A stretch of 64,000 nt of DNA, taken from Eledone cirrhosa. Its lineage: Eukaryota. Numbering within the stretch: position 1 is the first letter of the stretch; each line of letters begins with the position of its first letter. Made by a program: the position numbers and the translations under genes. The stretch lies in the NCBI GenBank assembly GCA_964016885.1, contig OZ024756.1, positions 1,116,001 to 1,180,000 on the forward strand. Direction: 5' to 3'. Below are positions 1-16,397 of the stretch, in pieces. The notes under the pieces are model-generated. The model worked only from the letters and a program-made list of their open reading frames with translations, was not told the DNA's origin and ran no database searches.

Positions 1-2678
1 CATGCTTCAAGGAATGCCTCAACAGCATAAAGTGTTTCATCCAAGAGTGTCACCTTGACAACATCTTAATGATGGGGGACTTCAACCTCCCCGGAGTTGA
101 CTGGTCCACAAACACCCTGCCACCAGGTTCTTCTGCCTCAACCTCTGACAGGGAAGCTGTGGAATCGCTTCTTGACTTCATGGATGATTTCTTCCTATCC
201 CAACTAGTGCTCGAACCAACGAGGTGCCACAAAAACGTCCTAGACTTAATTTTCAGCAATCACACTGACAATATCCACAATATTGCAGTGGAGAAAACTC
301 TACTCTCTGATCATGACATGGTTCTCTGTGATCTGAGATTCCACCGTCCAATATACAAACCCAATGTCATTTCTCCTGTCCATCCGTTTGACGCTATGGA
401 TTTCCACAATGCAAACTGGGAAGCGATCAGTCATGATCTTGCACATGTCGACTGGTCCTTCACGCACACTCATACACCCACTAACATCAAAAAGTCCTGG
501 CAGACATTTGTGGACACTGTTACAAACATATGTGCTAAACACACCCCATTAAGAACTATAAACAAATCTAAGAGCAGAATCCCTAGAAATAGAAAAACGC
601 TCATCAGAAAAATTAAGAGAACGAACAAAAAAATCAACAATCTGAAATACTGTCAGCAGCAACACATCAACTTGACTGCCATTTCATCACTAGAGATTAA
701 AAAACATAACCTCCAAAACAACATAATGTCCCTCATCAACAATCAGAGAAGAGCTGAAGAGGCCTGGGCCATTGAGAAGATAAAACTCAATCCCAAAGTG
801 TTCTTTTCATTTGCAAAAAAACACAAAATCACTGGCTCTACTGTTGGCCCTCTAATTGATGAAAATGGCACTCTTCAAGACAATGCTAAAACCATGGGTG
901 AGATACTGCAGAAACAATACTGCTCTGTTTTCAGCAATCCTGATATGGCCGATCTGGGCTGTATCGGCGATGTTACTCCCCATTACACCTTATCGGACAT
1001 AACGTTTGGCGCCCCTGATGTCTTGGCGGCAATAAAGGAAATCAAGCATAATTCAGCAGTAGGTCCCGATAGGTTCCCTGCTTGTGTCTTGAGGGCGTGT
1101 CAACACCAACTTGCTTCTCCTCTTGCCAATCTGTGGCGGAACTCACTGGATGCTGGATATGTGCCAGAAAACCTTCTATCCCAGTCTGTTGTCCCAGTTT
1201 TCAAAAAGGGAAACAAATCCCTTGCCGTGAATTACCGTCCAATCTCACTCACCTCTCATATCATTAAGGTATTTGAGCGAGTGGTGAGATCGCGAATGAC
1301 CCACTTCCTTGAGAGTAACAATATGCTGAACTCCAACCAGCATGGATTCCGTAATGGAAGGGATTGCCTGACGCAACTACTGCATCACTTTGATGACATT
1401 TTGAGAGCCTTGGGAGAGGGTTCCAACACTGATGTTATCTACCTTGATTTCAGCAAGGCCTTTGACAGGGTTGATCATAACATTCTACTGAGAAAGCTGT
1501 CCAATATTGGTGTCACTGGAAAGCTGCTGCAGTGGATCAAGAGCTTCCTGTCAAACAGAACCCAACATGTTGTAGTTGAGGGAGTCAAATCAAGCCCAGC
1601 CAAAGTCAGTAGTGGAGTCCCACAAGGCACTGTGTTGGGCCCACTTCTCTTCATCATCTATATTAATGACATCACTGACATCATCAAACACAGCAACATT
1701 AAAATTTTCGCTGATGATTCCAAGCTCCAAAAGGTCATCAATGGCGTGGATGACCGGATAAGCCTTCAGTCAGACCTACTGGCTGTTACCCAATGGGCAG
1801 AAAAGAACAACATGTTACTGAACGAAGACAAATTCGAACTGATCCACTTTGGAAAAGAGGATGCTCTGAAACTCCCGTACTCCCTTCCCTCCGGGGAAAC
1901 TCTCGTGGCATCTAACAACATCAGAGACTTGGGAGTAACCGTGGACAGCAACATAAGCTGGACCACGCATATAAGCAGCAAAGTTGACATGGCCCGCAGA
2001 ATGTGTTCCTGGATCCTCAGAACCTTCCAGTCGAGAGATTCCCGCACCATTATCCTTCTCTTCTCTACTTTCGCCCGACCACACCTTGAATACTGTTGTC
2101 CACTGTGGTCTCCCCACACGAAACAAAGTATCATGAAACTTGAAGCTCCTCAAAGGGCAATCACGAAAAAGATAGATGGCATGTCAGACCTTGACTACTG
2201 GGGTCGATTGGAAAACCTGAAACTTTACTCACTCCAACGTCGCCGTGAGCGTTATATTATCTGCATGATGTGGAAAATGTTCCATCATCACTGCCCAAAT
2301 GATGTTGGCATCGCCTTCAAGATACACCCAAGGCTTGGGCCCCGTGCTATCCGTCCCATTCAAAAATCTAAATCGCAACTCATAACAACAATACGGCACA
2401 ATTATTTCACCTCAATCGGCCCTGCTCTCTTCAACATCACACCAGGACACGTCAAAACAGAAACTGACCACACAAAATTCAAGAAGTCTTTGGACAAATT
2501 CCTCCAAGTAATCCCGGACAAACCACCCACACCCGGATATGTCTCCGCAAACAGTAATTCTCTTCTCGAATGGGCCATGGTGCCCAAATCCTGAATTGAA
2601 AGACTTCGCCAGGTGGTGCTATTAAGTTAGACATGGCCTGGGCCAATACTGGCCAAAACATTTCAAAGTTATTCAAAG

Positions 2679-2681
<3 letters not shown>
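1..2681 (+). mobile_element. CR1-like non-LTR retrotransposon, 3' portion
   Basis: ORF2, then a ~85 bp 3' UTR ending in the doubled motif TCAAAGTTAT, running into (TA)n. Confidence 0.9.
3..2594 (+). CDS. LINE ORF2 (CR1/L2-group): APE endonuclease C-terminal part + reverse transcriptase; 5' end cut by the window edge
   Basis: Stop-free frame from position 3. Motifs GDFNLP, LDL, SDHD (APE); [40 protein letters not shown] (RT); [10 protein letters not shown] and RRERY (CR1-type C-terminus). Confidence 0.95.
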   Translation, partial: CFKECLNSIKCFIQECHLDNILMMGDFNLPGVDWSTNTLPPGSSASTSDREAVESLLDFMDDFFLSQLVLEPTRCHKNVLDLIFSNHTDNIHNIAVEKTLLSDHDMVLCDLRFHRPIYKPNVISPVHPFDAMDFHNANWEAISHDLAHVDWSFTHTHTPTNIKKSWQTFVDTVTNICAKHTPLRTINKSKSRIPRNRKTLIRKIKRTNKKINNLKYCQQQHINLTAISSLEIKKHNLQNNIMSLINNQRRAEEAWAIEKIKLNPKVFFSFAKKHKITGSTVGPLIDENGTLQDNAKTMGEILQKQYCSVFSNPDMADLGCIGDVTPHYTLSDITFGAPDVLAAIKEIKHNSAVGPDRFPACVLRACQHQLASPLANLWRNSLDAGYVPENLLSQSVVPVFKKGNKSLAVNYRPISLTSHIIKVFERVVRSRMTHFLESNNMLNSNQHGFRNGRDCLTQLLHHFDDILRALGEGSNTDVIYLDFSKAFDRVDHNILLRKLSNIGVTGKLLQWIKSFLSNRTQHVVVEGVKSSPAKVSSGVPQGTVLGPLLFIIYINDITDIIKHSNIKIFADDSKLQKVINGVDDRISLQSDLLAVTQWAEKNNMLLNEDKFELIHFGKEDALKLPYSLPSGETLVASNNIRDLGVTVDSNISWTTHISSKVDMARRMCSWILRTFQSRDSRTIILLFSTFARPHLEYCCPLWSPHTKQSIMKLEAPQRAITKKIDGMSDLDYWGRLENLKLYSLQRRRERYIICMMWKMFHHHCPNDVGIAFKIHPRLGPRAIRPIQKSKSQLITTIRHNYFTSIGPALFNITPGHVKTETDHTKFKKSLDKFLQVIPDKPPTPGYVSANSNSLLEWAMVPKS

Positions 2682-4262
<1,581 letters not shown>

Positions 4263-4629
4263 TTATACACAAGTGACAGGAGTGAATCATATATGTACCA
4301 CGTATATTACATACTTTCTCTCATTAGGAAAGTGTTTTGTGTTCGTGTGCTAATGGAGTCTGCTTACATCGCTGTGGGTGGTTGGTAGCCTGAGATGTGG
4401 ATACTGAGGTGGGGGGAGGAGGAGGGGGAGAGCGAAATAGAGAGGGAGAGGAGGAGAGAGAGAGGAGGGAGGTAGAGGAGGAGAGAGAGATTGGTAGATA
4501 GAGAGGGGAGGACAGGGAGAGAGAGATAGAGGGGGAGGGGGGAATTGTTAATAAGAACAAAAAAGTCAAAGTAGAATTAAATGGTTTCAAAATAAACTTT
4601 ACTGACTTGCAAAATGGCCGTTCTTGTCT

Positions 4630-5850
4630 TTATATACACACACACACACATACATACATGCACACACACACATACATACATGCACACGCACACACACACG
4701 TATACACATATACAGACTCACATACATACATACATACATACATACATACATACACACACAGACACACAGACACACACACACACATTCACACATGCACATA
4801 TACACATGCACATACATACATACATACATACACTTACACATACACACGCACACAGACACACATATACACATAAACATACACACACCACATATACACACAT
4901 ATACACATACACACACAATTACACACATGCATACACACATACACACTCACATATACACCCATACACACACACTCACACACACACACATACACATACACAT
5001 ACACACACACACTCACATACACATACACACGTACACACACATTCACACACACACATGCACACAGACACACCCATACACACATACATATACACACACATAC
5101 ACACACATACATACACACATACACACAGACACACATGCATACATATAAACACACATATACATACACACATACACACGCACACACACATACACACGCACAT
5201 ATATGTGGATCTTTCTTCTGACACACTGCTGTATGTGCGTGCGTGTGTGTGTTTGTGAGTGTGTGTGTGATTGCATTTGTGTTATGTGTCTCTTGGTACA
5301 TGTGTTTATGTGTGTGTGTGTGTGTGTATATATGCGGGTATGTGTGTCTGTATGTGTGTGTATGTGTGTATGACAGCTTATGTGTGTGTGTGTGTACGTG
5401 TATATATATGTGCATATATGAGAGTGTGTGTGTGCGTATGTCTGTGTACGTGTATGTATATGCACGTGTGTGTGTGTACGTTTATGTATATGCGTGTATG
5501 TGAGTATATGTGTGCGTGCATGCGTGGATGTGTGTGTACGTGTATGTATATGCACGTTTGTGAGTATATGTGTGTGTCTATGTAAGTATATATGTGTGTG
5601 TATGTGAGTATATATGTGTGTGTGTATGTGTGTATGTATATGTGCGTGTATGTGAGTATATATGTGTGTGTGTATGTGAGTATATATATGTATGTGTATG
5701 TGTGTATGTATATGTATGTGTATGTGAGTATATATGTGTGTGTGTATGTGAGTATATATGTGTGTGTGTATGTGTGTATGTATATGTGTGTGTATGTGAG
5801 TATATATGTGTGTGTGTATGTGAGTATATATGTGTGTGTGTACGTGAGTG
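4630..5850. repeat. Degenerate (CA/CATA)n block followed by a (TG/TATG)n block
   Basis: CA-rich 4630-5200, TG-rich 5230-5850. Confidence 0.9.
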
Positions 5851-6417
5851 TTGTCGCAATCATTAGGCCTCGGGTCGATCCCAATAGGTAGTATTTTGTG
5901 CAGGTGCCATTTACCACAACCTCAGGTATACCCCTACCTTGTCTGTGATACTGGAGTAGACTGGAACTGTTTAGAAGCTGGTGGAATGGACTGTGTCTGT
6001 ATCTGAAAGGGTCAGTCTTGTCAGACACGCTGAGTATTGCTGAATCTCCCTGAGAACTACGTCAAAGTTACACGTGTCTGTCAACTACCCAGTCAAACTT
6101 TAATCCCTGAACAGGCTGTTCACTTCATCAAAGGACAGGATACCAACGACATGCTGATAATACCGGGAAAACTAGATATTCAGGGCTCAATGATGCTTAT
6201 CCTTATAGTACCGGGGGCCGTCATGAATGTAGAGGGGGTTGGGCACTGGATGGCACCAGCAACGCTGAATCTTTAGATTTAGAAAATATAATTTATAAAA
6301 GAAATGACCTGAAACATTCCTTGAAATCTTCACTACCTTCTCAAAACTAAAACAAGAATATAATTACAAAAAATCAACTAACAAAAATGAAATACTTAAC
6401 CAAACAAGCTGGTCAGA

Positions 6418-7022
6418 GAATCCCAAGGGTTAAGGCATCTTTAGGGTCAAATAATCCCTAGGGTCAAAGAATCTCTAGGGTCAAAGAATCTCTAGGGTTA
6501 AAGAATCCCTAGGGTCTAAGAATCCCTGGGGTCAAAGAATCTCTAAAGTCAAAGATCCCTAGGGTCAAAGATTCCCTAGGGCCCAAAATTCCCTAGGGTC
6601 AAAGAATCTCTAGGGTCAAAGAATCTCTAGGGTGAAAGAATCCCTAGGGTCAAAGATTCACAAGGGTCAAAGAATCACTAGTCAAAGAATCTCTAGGGTG
6701 AAAGAATTCCAAGGGTTAAAGAATCCCTAGGGTCAAAGAGTCCCTAGGGCCAAAGGATCTCCAGGGTCAAAGAATCCATTGGGTCAAAGATGCCCTACGG
6801 TCAAAGAATCTCTAGGGTCAAAGAATCCCTAGAGTCAAAGAAACTCTATAGTCAAAGATTCCTTAAGGTCAAAGATTCCTTAGGGTCTAAGAATCTCTAG
6901 GGTCAAATATTCCCTAGAGTCAAAGAATCCCTAGAGTCTAAGAATCTTTAGGGTCAAAGAATTCCAAGAGTCAAAGAATCTCTAGGGTCAAAGAATCTCA
7001 AGGGTCAAAGATTCCCTAGGGT
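6418..7022. repeat. 17-bp minisatellite (TAGGGTCAAAGAATCYC), about 35 degenerate copies
   Basis: Direct periodicity. Confidence 0.92.
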
Positions 7023-7024
7023 TA

Positions 7025-7275
7025 ATAAATTAAAGTACCAGTAATGCACTGGGGTTGATATAATGAACATTCCCCTCCCCCGAAAATTGTTGGTCTTGTG
7101 ACTTAATCAGAAACCATTCTATCAATGTATTTAAGGTGGATTGGTAGAATTGGTAGAGCATCAGATAATGTCATTGCTGTATGTGTTCTGGATTTTGTCA
7201 TTCTGAGTTCAAATCCTGGCGACGTCGACTTGGCCTTTCCCCGAAATTTGCTGGCCTTCTGCCTAAATTAATAAC
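7025..7275 (+). mobile_element. Two decayed fragments of the main tRNA-derived SINE family (OR1-like)
   Basis: AAAGTACCAGTAATGCACTGG and CTGAGTTCAAATCC motifs shared with intact copies such as 24130-24320. Confidence 0.7.
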
Positions 7276-7448
7276 CAATTTTAAATATATTTAAATGGGT
7301 AATTAAACCAATCGATAGGAGACCCATGAGTAATATCAGAGCAAGATGGTTGGATAACATCCATGAGCCTGGTTCGTCTCACTTGGGGATTCTGCCAACA
7401 CCAGTTCCACCACCAACGTAGCTCTATCTATCTATCTATCTATCTATA

Positions 7449-8450
7449 AGACCGAGAAAACTGGGCGCCTGGCACACCGAGTGTGCCCAGGCGCTCACGG
7501 CTCTCTGGCAGGCGGACCCGGCTGTCAGTGGAGAATGCACCTCGTCATTCTATAGAGGGCTGGTGGTTAGCAGGTGCGACGACGCCCTCGGAGAAGCCCT
7601 AGGCATGGAGGAAGACGAACTGGCCAACCTGTTCGGTAGGACATTCAGCCCGGGACCCATGGATAACTTCCAGAAGTCCCTGGCCTGGCAATGCTACAGA
7701 AGTGCTCTGCCCGTCCGAGAAAGGCTCTACAGACACGGGCGCCCGGGTAGGGACCCCTCGAAAAAGATCTGTCCCAGATGCGTGTGCGACGAGGAAACCG
7801 TTGCACACGCATTGGTACACTGCTCGGGGATTGCCGATCTGTGGGGCTATGTCGAACAACTGCTGTCAAGGGTGGGACCGATCCGGTTGACCACCGCGTC
7901 TATTGTAACGATCAAGTCGCCTCCCCTCTTCAAAAACGAAGGAGAGGCGGTGTTTCTGTGCGTAATAGCCATGGCGAAAGAGGTTGTATGGTGGACGCGT
8001 CTGAAAGGACTGAGGTCAGACACCTTTCTCTCTGGCCAACAACTGGTCCGTTTCTTCCGATATCATTTCGGAAGAAGGATCAGGATGGAGAGAGAGGTGC
8101 TGCACCCCAGCCGTTTTTATGAAAGATGGGTGAAAGTGGCGAGAATGGCCCGTGTGAATGGGCCTTCACTCTACATCAGACTATAGGTGAGGAAGATGAA
8201 AGACCAAGGGAGCACCCCTTCTCTGTGCTCCTGAGGAGAAGGGTTGCACACTTTTTTCGGGGGTGTGTGCGACCCCCCAAGGCGCCTCCTCTCTATTGAG
8301 GATTTTGTTAAAAATTTTATTTTTTGTTATATCTTATTTTATTTTTATATTTTGTTATTGCCTCCTCCTTATTGAGGACGCCTTTTTGTGTAAACTCCCC
8401 CCTTTGTACTTGTCCCACTTTTGATGCCCTAGTGGCAAATAAAAGAAATA
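7449..8450 (+). mobile_element. Tx1/L1-clade LINE 3' end, copy 1 (5'-truncated)
   Basis: ORF 7563-8186 contains the L1-type zinc finger CPRC...ETVAHALVHC. T-rich 3' UTR, AATAAA and a short A tail. (ATCT)n on both sides. Confidence 0.85.
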
Positions 8451-8749
8451 TATCTATCTATCTATCTATTTGCTTGTCTCTTACTCACCCCCTCTCTACC
8501 CCCTTCACAGTCATTCACACACACATACATATTCACACACACAAACATACACTCGCACATGCACTCTCACCATCCCCCTTCCAGCATGACCGACGTTTTA
8601 CACGACATATACAACAGTTTTAATATAATATAATATAGAGATGTATAGTAAAAAACTTTACTATTGGCACGTTTGTAAATAAACTTCGATGTCACTCTGT
8701 GATGAAACATATCACCAGAGGGCGCTGCTGTGTCTCCAGAGGGAACGCT

Positions 8750-9005
8750 GTAATAATAATTATGATGATAATGGTGATGATGATGACGGTCATGTCATCA
8801 TAATGATGATGGTGATGATGATCACAATAACAACAACGATGATGATGATGATGGGGGGGGGATATCATTATGATGATGATGATGATGGTTATGATGTTCA
8901 TAAAAATAATAATAATAATAATAATAATAATAATTAAAAATAATTAATAATAATAATAATTAAAAATAATAATAATAATAATAATAATAATTAAAAATAA
9001 TGATA
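8750..9005. repeat. (GAT)n/(AAT)n trinucleotide low-complexity tract
   Basis: Direct reading. Confidence 0.9.
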
Positions 9006-9089
9006 AACAATACCATGCAATAACAAAAACAAAAAGAAATAAAAAAAAACTATATAGATCGTTGGAATAACTTATCGTGTATTTTCACG

Positions 9090-9872
<783 letters not shown>

Positions 9873-10643
9873 ATGTGTTTGTTTTCCACATATGCAAGAG
9901 GTCTGGGGTAATGTGGGTGTCCTGTACATTTGCTGATTAGAGGATAATGGCTCTCTTTTTTTCTTGGGTGGTCTTAAGACACACCACACACACGCACACG
10001 CACAACCACACACACACACACGCACAACCACACACACACACACACACAACAAGACACACACACACACACGGTTACACTGACACACAGGCTTTGTTGTGTA
10101 CACTTCAGCATAAATTACACAATTTAAAAGTTTAATAAACATTGGAATTATGAATGATAGAGAGCGAGAGAGGGGAGAGAGAGAGAGAGAGCAGGAGATG
10201 AGAGGAGGGAGAGATGAGGCGGAGAGAGAGAGGTGAAGAGAGTGAGGAGGGAGAGATGGGGGGGATAAGGGGAGGGAGAGAGAGGGGAGGAGAGAGAACA
10301 GGAGATGAGAGGGGGGAGAGATGAGGGGAAGAGAGACGTGGAAAGAGAGGGGAGAGAGAGAACATGGGATAAGGGGCGGGAGAGAGAGAAGGGGAGAGAG
10401 AACAGATGAGAGGAGGGAGAGATGAGGGGAGAGAGAGAGGGAGGGAGTGAGGGACAAGCAAACAAAGAAATGCACAGATACACACTATTGAATACATATA
10501 AACATACAGAGATTGATATATAGATAAACACGCTTACGTGTCATCGTCAGAGCCTCTACGTGGCAACTCGAGAAGCTAGAAATAGCAGTCTATTAGCCTG
10601 AACATTCCAGCTTAAATATAACGAAAAAGAAAGATATAGAGAG

Positions 10644-10677
<34 letters not shown>

Positions 10678-10679
10678 TA

Positions 10680-11180
10680 AATCATGTCCTTAGAATTATT
10701 AGATAAAATATATACCATTTCCTCCCCCAATTAGCATAATCAACCATATAAAAAATCAATTAGACCAAGCTATAAGAGTAAAGGCTCTTATGAAGAAATT
10801 TCCGACAAATAACCGAAAGCGGCCTCTTCACGGTGGCCCCAATAGAATATTTATCCAACATTTCGACAGCGTGTAGAAACTGACTAAATATACCATCAAC
10901 CATACACAATTAGGTGCAAATTCAAACTTAGAAGAAATATGTACATACCGTAATTATATCTCTACCATGGTTTCATCCGTATTTTTAGACATCCAATTAA
11001 TAGGATATGTCTGGAGTATCGGATTCATCAGGAGACAAACTTAGACATTTAGTTTTCCAAAGTGATCGCGCCAAAAATAGATTAAAAAATGGCTAAGAAT
11101 CGTGACGTGGCAGTGGTCAAGTTAGAAAGAATGTGATTAGTTGCTTACGGCGGGTAGGCTTGTTGCTATAAAGCGCAATA
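10680..11180 (-). mobile_element. HHR-containing non-coding element between (TA)n tracts; inverted homologue of 63560-64000
   Basis: About 430 bp of clear reverse-complement similarity to the right end of the window; contains an HHR. Confidence 0.75.
10958..11036 (-). ncRNA. Type I hammerhead ribozyme (long stem II)
   Basis: Minus strand GTCTC-CTGATGA-ATCCG...CGGAT-GAAA-CCATGG-TA-GAGAT: stems I and II pair, stem III is palindromic, GUA triplet. Confidence 0.85.
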
Positions 11181-11294
11181 TATATATATATTGACACATC
11201 AGCAGTCCGACGAGCAGATCGATACTGGAGTCCGGTCCATAACCCCTATGGGTTACCTTGGGCCAATCATATCCGAAACGCGCCTAAGAGGTCG

Positions 11295-11495
11295 ATACAA
11301 AATATCTTTTCTACGGATTGCATTGTACAGTGTTTTGGCCACTACATCATGCCTCAAAGGTAGATAGTACCGCGATGACATCTTTTGACAGCTGCTCATG
11401 ACATGGGTGACATCTCCGATGTTAATTCTGCAGAATCTGCATTTGTTGTCATATGCAGGTGTTTTCCCTGCATTTCTATCTCTTTTGTGAATCAG
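11295..11495 (-). pseudogene. R4/Dong-clade (RLE) non-LTR element fragment, CCHC region
   Basis: CRFCRINIGDVTHVMSSC...YYLPLRHDVVAK matches the CCHC + RHD motif of RLE elements. Confidence 0.75.
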
Positions 11496-11507
11496 GTATG
11501 TATGTAT

Positions 11508-11816
11508 GTTCTTCTCTTTGGTAAATATCATCTTGGTTAAGAGAGTGGGACTGGCTTTGTGCAGTGCCTTTGCCGACTATAAAAGCTTCACGACACAGGC
11601 ATTGTTTTGTATCTGGAGATCTATCTGCACTTGTCGTTACATGGTACCATGGGACCAGCACTATGTGTCAATAATTGTCACAAGTGTAGTGTTTGTACCA
11701 GAGTTTTCAAGTCGCTGGCTGGACTAAAAAGTCACACTCGTTCAGCGCATCGGTAGGGATTCTCCTACATGGATATAAAGTAGTGGCCGTACTCGAAAAC
11801 GAGTTGGCAGCCACCA
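11508..11816 (+). mobile_element. RTE-derived non-autonomous element, 5'-truncated copy
   Basis: Near-identical to 57735-58044. Encodes a remnant C2H2 finger CSVCTRVFKSLAGLKSHTRSAH. Flanked by (ATGT)n. Confidence 0.8.
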
Positions 11817-12508
11817 TGTATGCATGTATGTATGCATGTATGTATGTATATGTATGTGTATATGTATATATGTATGTATATGTTTATATGTATGTATGCG
11901 CATATGTATATATATGTATATGTATAGAGATTACAATAATCAAAGTTCAGTTTAAATCATTTATTTGCTTACAATTGTTTCCTCCAAACCGAGGTTTGGA
12001 TTCTTCGGAGCAACTATTTAGTGATCTATAACATACTTGACCTCCTTTTCAACACAAGAGACATATAAAACATATGCACATATTGATCCACAGTGGGATG
12101 ACATCCATCAAAATGTATATGTATATGTATATATATATGTATATATATGTGTATGTATATGTATGTATGTATATATGTATATGTGTGTATGTATATGTAT
12201 GTATGTATGTATGTATGTATATATGTATATGTATGTATGTATGTATGTATATATGTATATGTATGTATATATATATATATGTGTATATGTGTATGTATAT
12301 GTATGTATACATCTCTGTATATATATATGTATGTATATATATACATATGTATATACATATGTGTGTGTATATATAATATATGTGTATGTGTGTGTTGACT
12401 GACAGGAGAATTCTTACTCAATACAGAAATAGAATTTAAATATATTTTATTATGGATAATTGTTGAGTCTTGTTACTCTGGAGTTTCATCTGTGAATTCA
12501 CAAGATTG

Positions 12509-12770
12509 TCAGACCTGATTGATGATAGAGATATGTAACCTTCCACAGAATACCTTCAAGTAACTGTAACAACAGGACGTGGGTATTACTGGTATAACAG
12601 GACGATTATGAAGGTCATATGACAAGACCGAGTTACAAAGAGGTTTTGTAGAAAGGAAAGTCAGAACCTCCGCAAAAGAAAGTTTCGGAACGATTGTTCC
12701 GTCAGGCTGGTTACATTCCTTGTCCTTCAGATCACTGACATCCGGAAAAGAAGGATGACTTGGACGCCCC
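12509..12770 (-). CDS. Putative terminal coding exon of an unidentified host gene (GRPSHPSFPD...IINQV*)
   Basis: Pyrimidine-rich acceptor ...tttgcctccag; 86 codons to TGA; AATAAA about 60 nt downstream; phase fits exon 13818-13963. Confidence 0.6.
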
Positions 12771-12809
12771 CTGGAGGCAAAACCAAATAAACAAAAAACA
12801 ACAATAATG

Positions 12810-13200
12810 ATAATGGTTTCTGATTTAGCCACAAGGCCAGCAACTCTGGGGAGGGGGAAATCGATTACATCTACCCCAGTGCATGACTGGTACTTTATTT
12901 TATCGACCCCGTAAGGATGAAAGGCAAAGTTAACCTCGGCGGGATTGAACTCAAAACGCAAAGGGCCGTAACTCTATGCTGTAAAGCATGTTGTCCGAGA
13001 CTCTACCGATACTGCCAATCCACCTCCCTATCAACAATAATAATTGTTTCTACTTTTGGCACAAGGCCAGCAATTACCCAGAGCATTACTGGTACTTTAT
13101 TTTATCGACCCCGTGAGGATGAAAGGCAAAGTTAACCTCGACGAGATTTGAACTCATACCGTAAACGGACGTAACTGTGCTGGAAAGCATGGCGTCCGAA
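12810..13200 (-). mobile_element. Two tandem tRNA-derived SINE copies (OR1-like)
   Basis: Both carry the core [48 protein letters not shown]. Confidence 0.9.
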
Positions 13201-13817
13201 ATAATGGCAAACCGAAGATCATTTAACAGGGGACATTTGAAGAGGATCTGAAGGCCACCAACATCACCTGGAATGGATGTTATACAGCAGTATTCGGTCA
13301 TGTGCTTTGGGGCAGGGCCAATGATAGTGGGTGGAGAGGGGGAGGTCCAGCCAGTACTTTGTTCCGGCGCCCAAGAGCTAAGAAGACCCTACAGCAACCA
13401 TGCAACATTGATTTTGAGAAAAAAATCTTTGCCTGCTTCTTGCCCCAAAGGGGTCTTGTACCGCCTTGAAAAGTTTCTCTTAAAGGCCCTGCCTTGGGGG
13501 ACGCTTGTCAGCGAATGTTTTACCCAGCGTAGGAGGATCTAAGTCTAAAACAATAACAGGTGGAATCTTCAAGGAAGCCACAATTGACAACACCAGAGGG
13601 ACTTCCCCGCCATTAGATTTAGATGTCAGTCAGCAATGTAGTAACCTGAAACTGTGTCCAAGTATTACATTCAAATATATATAGCAGTGTCTTCTGTTTG
13701 TACAACTGTTCACTATATTGAATGTCAATTTCATATGTTCTCGTAATTCCGGATTTAAGCTGTGTTTATGCCATCACAAAGTTATTTCTGAATGTCTTAA
13801 TGACTAAACCATTCTAC

Positions 13818-13963
13818 CTAGTAATATCAGCTTGGATTAAATGATAATTACAATTATCTCCATTGTCACTTAAACGTTGCATTGAATAATTGTTAATTAC
13901 AACAGCAATGGCATCAATCAGGAGTGAGAGAGTTTCCGGTAAAGTTGAAGATTGGTTTATTAT
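13818..13963 (-). CDS. Putative internal host exon (IINQSSTLPETLSLLIDAIAVV...QADITR)
   Basis: cag acceptor, AG|gtagaa donor, open frame; its phase-2 end joins the terminal exon in frame. Confidence 0.5.
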
Positions 13964-14679
13964 CTGTTTTGCATAGACAAATAAAATGGCCGTTATATAA
14001 ACATCAATAAAAACCAACAGCTAAAATATGACCATTTTCTGTAAAGGTTAATAATCATTTGAGATTTACTTTCCCTTTATAAGACACGTGACCTAATGAT
14101 TAGGTCAGGAGTTGGATTTCTGGAGCAAACAAAGAAGGTTTATTAAACATTGTTTCTGTTTACTCAGCTGGCAAAGATAGGTTGTAACTAATTGTAACTC
14201 AAGGGACCAATAATATCACATATTGCACCACGTTGAATCTCCCCGAGAACTCATAAAAGAGGGCAGCAATGACAAGCTAACAAAGAAACCTCTACAATGT
14301 TGTACGAATTACTAGAAATGACAGCTAAATCTCTAGTAAATCACACCCTGCCGTCTTATAAAAAGAAGGAAGGGTGTATATATGGTATGATGTAAGTCAT
14401 AGACACACTATGTCTGAAAAGAACCCCCAGACGAGATGGTCACGGATGGAACACACTTGATCTCAGGTGTGGTCAAACAGAGCTGACCAGTGAGTGACCA
14501 AACAATAAAAGCAACAAAGACAAATTATTATCTATTATTAAGAGACTGTAAGAATCTTTCCTTCAGTAATTGAAACTTTCAAAATAATTCCGTTCTTCTT
14601 TTTCTTTTTCTTTTTCTTTTTCTTTTTCTTCTTTTTCTTCTTCTTCTAAGAGGGTCACAGCGTGTGGCAGTAGGGAAAC

Positions 14680-15040
14680 AGAAACTGTTAACCTCTCAAA
14701 CAGGTAACCCCCCAAACTGTTAACCCCTAAACTGTTAACCACCCCAACTGTTTCCCCCAAACTGTTAACCCTCTCCAAACTGGTAACCCCCTAAACTGTT
14801 AACCACCCAAACTGTTTTCTACAAACTGTTAACCCCCCCCAAACTGTTAACCCCCCAAACTGTTAACCCTCCAAACTATTACCCCCCCAAACTGTTACCC
14901 CCCCCCCCCCCCAAAAAAACTGTTAGCCCCCAAACTGTTAATCCCCCCAAACTGTTAGCCCACAACCGGTTAACCCCCCAAAATGTTAGCCCCCAAACTG
15001 TTAACCCGCCCAAACTGTTAACCCCTCAAACTGGTAACCT
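14680..15040. repeat. ~17-bp minisatellite (AAACTGTTAACCCCCC)
   Basis: Direct periodicity, variable C run. Confidence 0.9.
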
Positions 15041-15517
15041 ATCATACACTACGAAGCCATTGTAACTAACCTAATATATTTATTTACAGTTGAACACTTG
15101 TAGAGGGAAAGAGGTGTGTAGTTGGTTAGTCATCTTACATGTTATGTATGAAGAAGGGCATGCCACAGGAGCTGTATTTTAGGGTTGTACATACATACAT
15201 ATTTATATGTGCGTATGTATATGTATGCGTGTGTGTGTATGTGTATGCATGCCTGTCAATATATGTGTATCTATCTATCTATTTGTTTGTCTATTACCCC
15301 TCTCTCTCTCTCCCTCCCTCACAGTCATTCATACACACACACACACATTCACACACACAAACATACACACGTCCGAAACGTTAAGACCCTCTTTCTGCTA
15401 TTTCAAGCGTTAACCTAATATATACCTTCCATATACTGTACCGATTGTGTTGTTATTTCTGTTTACCTATATATATACACTTTTACATATATATATACAT
15501 ATCTATCTATCTATCTA

Positions 15518-16397
15518 GCAGGTGCGACGACGCCCTCGGAGAAGCCCTAGGCATGGAGGAAGACGAACTGGCCAACCTGCTCGGTAGGACATTCAGCCCG
15601 GGACCCATGGATAACTTCCAGAGGTCCCTGGCCTGGCAGTGCTACAGAAGGGCTCTGCCCGTTCGAGAAAGGCTCTACAGACACGGGCGCCCGAGTAGGG
15701 ACCCCTCGAAAAAGATCTGTCCCAGATGCGTGTGCGACGAGGAAACCGTTGCACACGCATTGGTACACTGCTCGGGCATTGCCGATCTGTGGCGCTATGT
15801 CGAACAACTGCTGTCAAGGGTGGGACCGATCCGGTTGACCACCGAGTCTATTGTAACGATCAAGCCGCCTCCCCTCTTCAAAAACGAAGGAGAGGCGGTG
15901 TTTCTGTGCGTAATAGCCATGGCGAAAGAGGTTGTATGGTGGACGCATCTGAAAGGACTCAGGTCAGACACCTTTCTCTCTGGCCAACAACTGGTCCGTT
16001 TCTTCCGATATCATTTCGGAAGAAGGATCAGGATGGAGAGAGAGGTGCTGCACCCCAGCCGTTTTTATGAAAGATGGGTGAAAGTGGCGAGAATGGCCCG
16101 TGTGAATGGGCCTTCACTCTACATCAGACTATAGGTGAGGAAGATGAAAGACCAAGGGAGCACCCCCTCTCTGTGCTCCTGAGGAGAAGGGTTGCACACT
16201 TTTTTTCGGGTGTGTGTGCGACCCCTCAAGGCACCTCCTCCCTATTGAGGATTTTGTTATAAATTTTATCTTGTTATATTTTATTTTATTTTTATATTTT
16301 GTTATTGCCTCCTCCTTATTGAGGACGCCTTGTTATGTAAACTCCCCCCATTGTACTTGGCCCACTTTTTGATGCCCTGGTGGCAAATAAAAAGAAA

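Noticed and set aside
11200-11292. HHR-like CCGACGA...CGAAACGCG
   Set aside because: The core is non-canonical and stems I and III do not pair convincingly.
13200-13620. GC-richer stretch with short ORFs
   Set aside because: No recognisable motif or splice pattern; left unassigned.
14680-15040. Telomeric repeat tract
   Set aside because: The unit is about 17 bp, not tandem TTAGGG.
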